NCBI GenBank assembly: GCA_963726905.1
Contig: CAVSDZ010000016.1
Location: 3,028 to 67,027, forward strand
DNA from: an uncultured Microthrixaceae bacterium
Lineage (GTDB): Bacteria > Actinomycetota > Acidimicrobiia > Acidimicrobiales > Acidimicrobilacustridaceae
Direction: 5' to 3'
DNA: 64,000 nt
The notes below the pieces were generated by a model that was not told the origin of the DNA, ran no database searches, and saw only the letters and a program-made list of their open reading frames with translations. Below are positions 8,815-16,142 of this stretch, one piece after another. The stretch's first letter is position 1, and each line of letters starts with the position of its first letter. Both the position numbers and the translations under genes were made by a program.

Positions 8815-9727
8815 TCATTCGGTGCTGTGTCGACGGACGCTCCACTGGGCCTGCTCCCGAGACAACGCCATCTCGACCTCATCGACGAAGCCAACCCAAG
8901 CCTCCTCGGTGACGATGTAGCGAAGTCCGATGGTGATTGTCGACAGGATCTGTGCGGTGCCCGCGTAGGAGTCGCCTAGAGACCGGAACTGGTTGCCGTG
9001 CAGCCAGGCGATCGACTGCCGCGTCCAAGGCGGCCGCGATGCAGAGGATGTCGACGTTGAACCCCAGCCCGACCGGTACCCTCAATGCCGCACCCACTAG
9101 ACCAGACGAAGTTCGCGCCCAGGGCCACGAGGCTCCACTGGCCGGCCCTCCGAAGGAGCAGCTTCGACTTTTCCCGGTACCACTCCTGTTGATCGCGGAC
9201 CGCCTCGAGATAGAGGGCTTTGCGCCCCTCGAGCGACCGGGTCCGCCTCGCGGATCGCGCGGGGTGATCTGCTCTCCATTGTCGACCTCGTCCCAGTTCA
9301 AATCATCGAAGCGGTCGATCGCGGCTTCGAGCTGCCCCCGGAACTCCAGGTCCACCTCCGAGGGGGACTTGCTGGAGCTAAATGGGGCCGCGGCCATGCA
9401 TAACGCCAGGCCAGCGCCTTGACCGCCTCGGCTCCGGCTCGTCCCCGGTGCCAGTTGTCCGCTGGCGCCTCCCGGGCGATGCGCCAGGCAAGCACCAGGG
9501 CAAGGCCGAACGCCACGAACGCCACGAACGGCCCGACGCGAAGGTCGCCCACCTCGAGATCGACGACTCCGCCGGCGGCGGCTACGACGAGCAGAGCCAG
9601 CTGCCAGCCCGTCTCATCCCAACGACCGCCTTTGCGACTCGACCGCCGCCGAGTCAGCAGCTCGATAGGCGGCCGGCAGATCCTCCGGGGCGAATCCCGG
9701 TTCGGGTAGGGCTGTGCCGGCTCCCAT
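8815..9727 (-). CDS. SLATT-family 2TM effector protein, double-module, paralog B (at least 3 frame jumps)
   Basis: The ATG at 9727 is preceded by GGAGGTGA. The stitched product reads MGAGTALPEPGFAPEDLPAAYRAADSAAVESQRRSL, then WDETGWQLALLVVAAAGGVVDLEVGDLRVGPFVAFVAFGLALVLAWRIAREAPADNWHRGRAGAEAVKALAWRYA, then MAAAPFSSSKSPSEVDLEFRGQLEAAIDRF, then SLEGRKALYLEAVRDQQEWYREKSKLLLRRAGQWSLVALGANFVW, then GAALRVPVGLGFNVDILCIAAALDAAVDR, then WLHGNQFRSLGDSYAGTAQIL...FVDEVEMALSREQAQWSVRRHSTE*. This gives two 2TM modules plus the DUF4231/SLATT-type Y..Q..WY signature. Confidence 0.6.
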
Positions 9728-9730
9728 CGA

Positions 9731-10655
9731 TCACCTCCGCGAGGTCACCCAGCTGCTCGTGCTCACGAGCGATGAGACGCTCGACCTCATCGACGTACAC
9801 GCTCCAGGCGTGGTCGCTCTGACGGTGCTGGGCAAGTTCGCGTATGAGGCTCAGTTCCCTGGCCAAGTCGGCGTAAACCCGGCTGAGGCTCTCGTGGTGG
9901 CGAACCCCCAACCAGCCGATTGCGGCACCGGCCCCGCCCGCCGCCAGGCTGACGACGACCGCGGAACCCTTGTCGGCCAGTCCATTGTCGACCACTAGGA
10001 AGAGTCCGGCGAGCACAGCCAACCCGGCCAGCACGTAGAACGCCAGGTCCCAGCGTTTGGCGGAGCGGGCGTTACGACCAGCCCGGGTTGCATACCACCC
10101 GAGCTGTTCAGTGACGCGTTCCTGGACATAGCGATCGCGCCGGCGATCCAAGGGCGCGGCATGGAGCGTCCGCATCGCGGCGGTGATCTCCCCCGAGGGG
10201 TCCGGCGCCGGCAGCGACTCGCGCTCTTCCAACAGCTGTGCCAGCCGCTCGACGAACAGCTCGTCGGCCTGCGCCTCGCTCTGGTGCGGCCCGTCGAACG
10301 GCAGGCCCCGAACCGCGTACCGCCACGACAGCGACTTAATCGCCTCCGCCGCCGCGCGACTCGTACCAGACAGCCTCCACGCGACTCAACCGCTGGACAA
10401 CCCGCAGGATTACCAGCAGCGAGCCCGCGGCGACCGCCAGCGCCCCCAGGAAGGCCAACCTCGGGTTGCCCTTGGCCACGGTGCCGACCGCGGCACCGAC
10501 CAACGGGAGCACCGAGCTGGGATCGGATCATGCGCAGGTACGCCGCCGTTGGGCTTGTACCGCCTGGGAGTCGGCAGCTCGACAGATCGCCGGCAGGCCT
10601 GCTCCGCTCAAGGCGCCCTCCCCTCAGCGAGTTGCGGACCCATCGCTGCGCTCAT
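9731..10655 (-). CDS. SLATT-family 2TM effector protein, double-module, paralog A (at least 4 frame jumps; as read, the ORF runs on to 9654)
   Basis: ORF 9654..10232 reads RRRDRYVQERVTEQLGWYATRAGRNARSAKRWDLAFYVLAGLAVLAGLFLVV...SLAAGGAGAAIGWLGVRHHESLSRVYADLA...VYVDEVERLIAREHEQ. The upstream stitched part is MSAAMGPQLAEGRAP, then GLPAICRAADSQAVQAQRR, then VLPLVGAAVGTVAKGNPRLAFLGALAVAAGSLLVILRVVQRLSRVEAVWYESRAAAEAIKSLSWRYAVRGLPF. It is colinear with paralog B. By analogy with paralog B's C-terminus (REQAQWSVRR), the true end is probably REHE.SWVTSRR*, with TGA at 9731-9733, one codon before paralog B's ATG. Confidence 0.6.
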
Positions 10656-10727
10656 CGACGTTCGTCCTCGCTCCCCACCGTCGTCGCCGGATCGTATGCG
10701 CGGAATCCAACCGGCGGCCTCGCTCCG

Positions 10728-10748
10728 CCACGCTCCCAAGTAGCGTGG
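10728..10748. promoter_or_regulatory. 7-bp inverted repeat CCACGCT-n7-AGCGTGG immediately upstream of the SLOG gene start, in the 98-nt SLATT/SLOG divergent control region
   Basis: Read directly from the sequence: ccacgct cccaagt agcgtgg, 5 nt before the ATG at 10754. It is a candidate operator or 5'-UTR hairpin. Confidence 0.3.
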
Positions 10749-10753
10749 CGGGC

Positions 10754-11548
10754 ATGGTCACACTGCCCGCGTCGACGAGCCCGAAGCGGTGGGCGCCGCC
10801 CTCGGCGAGCTGGGTGTCGTCGGGCCCCACGCCGTCGTCGTCGCCTTCGGGAGCGCCGCCGGTCTCACCGACCGACAGGCAGGGACCGTTGCCCGCTCAT
10901 CGAGCGAGCCCTGATACCGCTCTGCGAAGAACTCGGTGCCGCCATCGTGGACGGCGGCACCGACGCAGGGCTCATGCGACTGGTAGGGCGAGCTCGCACG
11001 GCGACGCACGCACAGTTCCCCCTCATCGGCGCTCGTCGGCGGGAACGATCGCGACCGGCAATCCGACGGTCTCGGACCCCGCGCGCCTAGAACCCAACCA
11101 CTCGCACATCGTCATCGTCCCTGGCACGGCCTGGGGGGACGAATCGCCGTGGCTCACCCGTGTTGCCCTCGAGTTGGCGCAAGGCCTTCCCATAGTCGGC
11201 CTGATGATCGGCGGCGGGCCGATCTCCCTGCGCGATGCAGTGAACCTCATCGACGCCACCTGCCCAGTGATCGCCATCGCCGGGACCGGTCGCCTCGCTG
11301 ACCAGCTCGCAACGCAAGGTACGGTCACGGATCCGACGCTCGCCCGACTACACGACTCTCCGCTTCTGCACCTGCTTGCCACCGCCGAACCGGAGCCGCT
11401 CGTCACCGCCCTTCGAGCACACCTGAGCGGCGACCACCAGCTAAATCAGTCCCTGCGCGGGGCTGCGCCACTTATCGAGCTGCTCGACGCCCTCGACCAA
11501 CCGCGCACCTCGAGGCCGCCCTTCATCGAGGCCGGGGACGAGCGCTGA
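10754..11548 (+). CDS. Stand-alone SLOG-superfamily protein, LSDAT (TRPM-type SLOG) prokaryotic-like; predicted nucleotide sensor (3 frame jumps)
   Basis: The stitched product starts MVTLP.., then VDEPEAVGAALGELGVVGPHAVVVAFGSAAGLTDRQ. ORF 10161..11090 contributes LIERALIPLCEELGAAIVDGGTDAGLMRLVGRARTATHAQFPLIG. ORF 10466..11548 contributes TIATGNPTVSDPARLEPNHSHIVIVPGTAWGDESPWLTRVALELAQGLPIVGLMIGGGPISLRDAVNLIDATCPVIAIAGTGRLADQLA. This is a Rossmann-type GGTD.G.M / GGG / G.GR.AD pattern as found in SLOG/LOG-like domains. Confidence 0.6.
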   Translation: MVTLPASTSPKRWAPPSASWVSSGPTPSSSPSGAPPVSPTDRQGPLPAHRASPDTALRRTRCRHRGRRHRRRAHATGRASSHGDARTVPPHRRSSAGTIATGNPTVSDPARLEPNHSHIVIVPGTAWGDESPWLTRVALELAQGLPIVGLMIGGGPISLRDAVNLIDATCPVIAIAGTGRLADQLATQGTVTDPTLARLHDSPLLHLLATAEPEPLVTALRAHLSGDHQLNQSLRGAAPLIELLDALDQPRTSRPPFIEAGDER

Positions 11549-11622
11549 CGGAGGCAGCATCGGCTCGACTGGTAAGTCCTCGACGGATCGAGGCACCAGT
11601 CAGTCAGGTTAGATTCTTGTCG

Positions 11623-13278
11623 TCAAGGCTTCGCGGCGATGTTGAGCCCCTCGACAACCGCCCGGCATTCACCTCGCGGCGTACTGTCTTGGACCTGACC
11701 TTCCAATGTGGAGGCCATGAAGCGCTGGGGCTCGGGTGACCAATTCGCGCCCGATACATGAAAAGTGACTGTCCGAGTGACCGGAAGGGCGCTGCCATTG
11801 CAGGAAACCGCGGTGTGGTGAGGGTAACTCCCGGACGAATTGCCATCGGAATAGCTAAGTGACGCCCAGGCAACCGGCGTGGTAACGGGTGGCAGGCCCT
11901 GTGCCACTCTGGCCCTGTTCACAATCGCCTTCTCTCGATCGAGATCTGGACCGTCGTTTATTGTGCAACCAGCCGGTCCGCACTCGATATCGAAGGTCAC
12001 GGAGGTAGCCTTGCCATTGCCACACACATCAAGACCGAAGCCCTCGCACGTCGCGAAATTACCCTCCCCCGACCAGGTGGACGGGACATCCCACCAGTAG
12101 TAGACGGGCGACAACTTCTTCAAGTCAGATGCCGAGGCAACTGGTGGAGTGGTGGTCACGGAGTCCGTCGCCGCTGAACCCGTCGTGGTTGAGGTTGTCG
12201 CTGCCTGCACGGCCAGGCCCGCTCCGAGTAGTCCGAGGACTGCCACGGCGCCGATGACGACCCTAAGTCGCTTCCCTCTCGGGGCGTCGGTAGACGGGCC
12301 GCTGAGGACGATCTCAGGGCCGTCGCTAGATCGCTCCCCATATCCTGTGCCGGCGTTGACGCTGATCCGCTCGGCAGTATCGGCCTCGCTGACTCTCCGC
12401 AGCCACGACTGATTCCGGCCAAGGCCTTTGGGCGACGGGCCCAGCATCCTGTGAGTCGGTTTCAGACACGCCCTTCCGGCGACCAACGCCAGGGGCGGGG
12501 CTTGGTGCTAGCCCTGTGATGCTGATCGCTGGCGTCTCGACCTCCCTAGGCCCCTCCACATGAGGATCGTGCGGCCGGGTAGTCGTGCCAGGTGCGACAG
12601 CTGCCGTCGGGCTGACCGCAGGGTGGCGGCTCGGATCGGAGCGACCCACGGCCGGCTTGTCTGGTACAGGCAGGGCGACGGAATCAGGTGGCAGTGCTTC
12701 CTCTAACTCATCAGTGATCTCGGTTGGGTTGGAGTAGGGATGCGCGGGTTCGACTTCCGTCGCCGGGTGGAGGGTGGCGGAGCTCTGTTGCTGACTTCGC
12801 AAGCGCGTCACGGCCGCAACTAGCCGGTCGATATCGGTGTCCCAGCGAGTCTCGGAGACCTCGAGGCCGTTGATCATGGCCAAGCGCGAGATGGAAGGGG
12901 GGCTGGGCCCGGTTGGGCACACTGGCGTTGCCAACGAGCACTGGAATGGCTGGCACACCAAGGGACAGAGCCGTCTCGATCTCCAAGCGCACGAAGTCCT
13001 CGGGGTCGTCCAGGCGCCGAGCTCCACGCGTCCGCGACGTCCGTCCACGAGGGACCGATCAACGCGATGAAGGCGTCACACTCACGAAGCGCGCTATCGA
13101 TCGTGTCGGGGAAGTACTCCCCGACACGTATCGAATCGATGTCCATGAACACCTCGTGGACTCGGTGATCTGAGCACAGGGTCTTGTACAACGCCAAGGC
13201 GGACGTGTGGGTATCCGAACGCCGATAGCTGATGAAGATACGGGCGCCCTGACCGCTGGACGTGACTTCGGTCGCCAT
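11623..13278 (-). CDS. TIR-domain / single-TM / Cys-rich ectodomain protein, paralog 2 (3 frame jumps, all in the cytoplasmic half)
   Basis: ORF 12874..13509 gives MATEVTSSGQGARIFISYRRSDTHTSALALYKTLCSDHRVHEVFMDIDSIRVGEYFPDTIDSALRECDAFIALIGPSWTDVADA. ORF 12711..12992 gives RLDDPEDFVRLEIETALSLGVPAIPVLVGNASVPNRAQ. ORF 12326..13048 gives PPSISRLAMINGLEVSETRWDTDIDRLVAAVTRL plus a P/S-rich linker. ORF 11623..12486 gives PRGKRLRVVIGAVAVLGLLGAGLAVQA (TM) and then YYWWDVPSTWSGEGNFATCEGFGLDVCGNGKATSVTFDIECGPAGCTINDG...VSCNGSALPVTRTVTFHV...PRGECRAVVEGLNIAAKP*. The basic residues lie on the N-terminal side of the TM, which places TIR inside and the Cys-rich domain outside. Confidence 0.75.
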
Positions 13279-13400
13279 GCCCCTCCCTCCCCCCTCGGCC
13301 GACCATCGCAGCGCGTCAGCCGCCAACTGGTCCGCCGACAGAGCAGCAGGCGAATCGATGGGCAATGGCCTCGGGCGACGCCACGCAGGCTCGCGTCGAA

Positions 13401-13430
13401 ATATTAGGATGAGATGTAATCCTCTGCGAG
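13401..13430 (-). promoter_or_regulatory. Candidate promoter of TIR paralog 2 (-35-like CTCGCAGAGG block, -10 TAATAT)
   Basis: On the minus strand the sequence reads CTCGCAGAGG-14 nt-TAATAT...CGTGGCGTCGCC-96 nt-ATG(13278). This is the same architecture as upstream of paralog 1, and it is the only AT-rich patch in the 310-nt gap after the WD40-like gene. Confidence 0.35.
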
Positions 13431-13587
13431 TGGGACTCCTGACTCGCCCATGTCTGCTTGAGGCTCGGGCAATTGGGTGCCAACGAATTGAACAGGCGCC
13501 GCCAGTCACGGCCGAGCGGGCCGACGCGTATCTCGGCGCTCGGCCATGATCCCGTTGTTTACGCGAGACCTCGGTTCGCAGTCCACG

Positions 13588-14778
13588 TCATTGAGGACCG
13601 CCCGCCGCCGGTCCCGATCCCGTCCCGATGGAGAACAGTTCGACGATGCCCGGACTGGAGCTGACCGCGAACACGCGAGTTGTCGACCGACATCGAGATC
13701 CTCATGGGCCGGGGCGGGAGCGGCTTGCGGCGAGGGGGCCGCGGGGCCGGACCGCCGCGACGCCGACGGCGGGGCGGTCCGAGGGCCGGGCCTCGTGACC
13801 GGCCGGGGTGCGGAGCGGCCGGCGAGGATCTCCCCGGTGCGCCAGTTGACGACGAACCACCCGCGGCTGATGACGGCGGCATGATCGCCGTGGACGTCGA
13901 GGTGCGACACGGTTCCGGGAAGGGCGATAGTGGGGCCGAGCCGCTCGCCGGTGCGGACATCGAACGACTCGATGAAGCCGCTCCGTCCGATCACGAGGTC
14001 GTGGGCGCCGGAGAACGACACCGCCTGCATCGGATAGCGGGACAACATCTCCGGGATCCCGACCGGTAAGGCGTCGGCGGTGCGCCACATCCTGTTGGTC
14101 GTGGGCCACCGCGGGATCGATCGGGAACCGACGCCACTCATCATCGGGGAAGATGTGGAACCCGCCGTTGACTTTCACGATCCCGTCGGCGGGAATCATG
14201 TTGCGGGTCAGGGACCGATTGTGGCCGGGGACGAAGAAGAAATGAGCGCCGTCGTCGTCGAAGGCGACGTCGGCCGCCATGGCCCCCACCGGCGACGTCC
14301 TCGACAGCTGGGTGAAGCCACGAACGTCCCAGACCGAGACACCACCGGACTTCAGCACGGCGAGATGGCTGCCGGTCGGACTGAGGCACGGTCGGGCGTT
14401 CTGGGCCTGAAGTCCGGGCACGACCCCGTCCACCGCCAGAGCGCACCGAGCCCACTCCCAGCACCACATCGACGCGTTGAGGCCGGTGCCGGTCAGGAAC
14501 CTCCCGTCGCTCGAGAAGGCGAGAGCCCACACGAAGCCGTCCATCCTGAGGTGCGCCAGCATGTCGCCGGTGGCCAGGTCGAACACCTCGACCACGCCTC
14601 GGTCGTTCCCGGTGGCGACGACCCGGGCCTCGGGATCGATGGCCAGGCCACCGACGCCGCCTTCACCGACGGTCCACGTTCGGACCGGTTCGGGACCGGC
14701 TGGGGACTCGTCGAACCGTCGGACGTCGACGACCGGGATAGGGAGGGCGAATGGGGCCGAGGGTGAGTTTGGGCTCAT
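13588..14778 (-). CDS. WD40-like beta-propeller repeat protein (at least 3 frame jumps; 3' end uncertain)
   Basis: The gene starts at the ATG at 14778: MSPNSPSAPFALPIPVVDVRRF...GGLAIDPEARVVATGNDRGVVEVFDLATGDMLAHLRMDGFVWALAFSSDGRFLTGTG...LSPTGSHLAVLKSGGVSVWDV (ORF 13702..15510). It continues as AVSFSGAHDLVIGRSGFIESFDVRTGERLG...HLDVHGDHAAVISRGWFVVNWRTGEIL (ORF 13506..14144). The last blade reads SVDNSRVFAVSSSPGIVELFSIGTG, with stop TGA at 13588-13590. Confidence 0.55.
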
Positions 14779-14829
14779 GGACCAGCATTTGTTAGGCCGG
14801 GCCGAGGCGCTGTCAAGGCCCCCAAGCCG

Positions 14830-14861
14830 TTGCTTCCCTTCGGGAAGCAAGAATTTCTTGC
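14830..14861. promoter_or_regulatory. Two overlapping, mutually exclusive perfect hairpins/palindromes in the divergent WD40 / PIN control region
   Basis: The first is TTGCTTCCC-ttc-GGGAAGCAA (14830-14850). The second is GCAAGAA-t-TTCTTGC (14847-14861). They share GCAA, so only one can form at a time. Alternatively the region may be a composite operator. Confidence 0.35.
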
Positions 14862-15037
14862 GGGTCCCCTTAGCCCCCACTCCCCCACTGCGAACGGTGC
14901 TCACCCTTGCAGCTCGGTTGCAGTCACCCCTCCCCCGTTCCGGGGTCAGACGCGAGCCTCGCACGGTCGAAGCCGTGAGGTAGTCGGGCGGACGCGTCCG
15001 CCAGGCAATCTCCCGACCGGTGGAACCTCTGCGGGTG

Positions 15038-15468
15038 ATGTTGGACTCGAACGCGTTCAACTCGCTCGTGTGGGACGACGAGGCGATCAGGTCGCGGGTC
15101 GAGGCCGCGGTCGCGGCTGTGCTTTGGTGCTGGTGACCACGACCATCCAGATCGACGAGAACGACCGAACCCCCGACAAGGCGAAGCGTCTCGGGATTCA
15201 ACAGATCCCGGTGACGGGAACGCCAGCGCCCTTCGTAATCGATGTCTCTCGACTCGACGCATCGGTCCTCGCGTCTGACGATGAAGCTGCGGTCTACGAA
15301 CAGTTGATAATCGGCAACTCGAAGCACGCCGAGGACGCCGCGATCCTGATCGCGGCGCGGCGTGAGGGCATCCCGCTGGTCACGAAGGAAGCGCGGCTCC
15401 TGAAACAATGCAAGTGCCACGGGGTGGTCGGAATGACTCCCGCGGACCTGCTCGCGCTGATTCCATGA
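15038..15468 (+). CDS. PIN-like nuclease domain protein (putative toxin-like; one frameshift near 15120)
   Basis: The ATG at 15038 opens MLDSNAFNSLVWDDEAIRSRVEAAVAAV. The frame of ORF 14830..15468 then gives LVLVTTTIQIDENDRTPDKAKRLGIQQIPVTG...SKHAEDAAILIAARREGIPLVTKEARLLKQCKCHGVVGMTPADLLALIP. An N-terminal MLD.N plus a C-terminal D/E-A.I.A.A...G..LVT.(D/E) arrangement is typical of PIN domains. No cognate antitoxin is evident. Confidence 0.4.
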
Positions 15469-15469
15469 A

Positions 15470-15736
15470 CTAGCCGACTGGTACGGGTCGCCTATCGAAC
15501 TCGAGGCCACCGGATCCGGACCGGCGGACCCGGATCGCCAGCGCCGGTCCCCTGTCGAGCGGTGAAAGCCACGCCGGGACCGACAGGCCCTCAGGGAACG
15601 CGTCGTCGTGATCGGATGCGACGGTGAGGACCCCGGTCAAATCGCCGTCGCCGTCGGTCGGAGCGAGAACGGCGAAGACCAGGCCCAGGTCTCGCCCGTC
15701 GAGGTGGAGAGTTCCCATTGTCACCTGTTGCCGCAT
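15470..15736 (-). CDS. Hypothetical small protein (88 aa)
   Basis: This is an intact ORF with high GC3, convergent with the PIN-like gene (stops 2 nt apart). It reads MGTLHLDGRDLGLVFAVLAPTDGDGDLTGVLTVASDHDDAFPEGL... and I recognise no family. Confidence 0.3.
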   Translation of the reverse strand: MRQQVTMGTLHLDGRDLGLVFAVLAPTDGDGDLTGVLTVASDHDDAFPEGLSVPAWLSPLDRGPALAIRVRRSGSGGLEFDRRPVPVG

Positions 15737-16142
15737 AGCTACCTATCGACGCGATACTCTCCGCGCCCCATAGGTCGAGCGGTCAGAATCGGTAGGTCGA
15801 GCGACCCGACCGGGGCGAATGAACGGGCCCGATCCCCGGCATCTCCCTCAAGATTCCTGGGGATCGGGCCTCGCTCGGCGCCGGAGGGGACTCTCCGCAG
15901 GGTCCACCCGATCGCGTGGCCAGCATCGCTCGCCGGCGGGTCGTGGGACATGAGGCGATCGGCCCCGATCGGCCTGGGCCGTTCGCCCTGCGCGGGTTGG
16001 CCGGTCATGCGGCGGCCCGGCGTCGTGGTCGTCGTTGTCGGGCGGGTGGTGGCGCTCCAGATGCCATCGGGAACGGGTCGCCGGATTCATCCTCGGAGGT
16101 GCGTCATGACAGGAGTCGACCCGATTCCCCACCCTTGGGGGG

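Noticed and set aside
11578-11593. The hairpin CCTCGA-cgga-TCGAGG between the convergent SLOG and TIR2 genes, as a possible terminator.
   Set aside because: It has only a 6-bp stem and no U-tract on either strand, so it is too weak to annotate.
14777-14983. A 69-codon plus-strand ORF (MDQHLLGRAEAL...) as a possible antitoxin for the PIN-like gene.
   Set aside because: It has no antitoxin-like (RHH/AbrB/Phd) features and is Pro/Arg/Ser-rich. It starts inside the WD40-like gene's start region and contains the hairpin cluster, so it is more likely non-coding control DNA.
15740-16142. The catalytic N-terminal half of the serine recombinase.
   Set aside because: I read all three plus frames, and none contains a Y.RVS..Q-type motif or resolvase-like beta-alpha pattern. 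The ATG at 16106, which has GGAGG upstream, opens a different frame for only ~12 codons before the homology starts.
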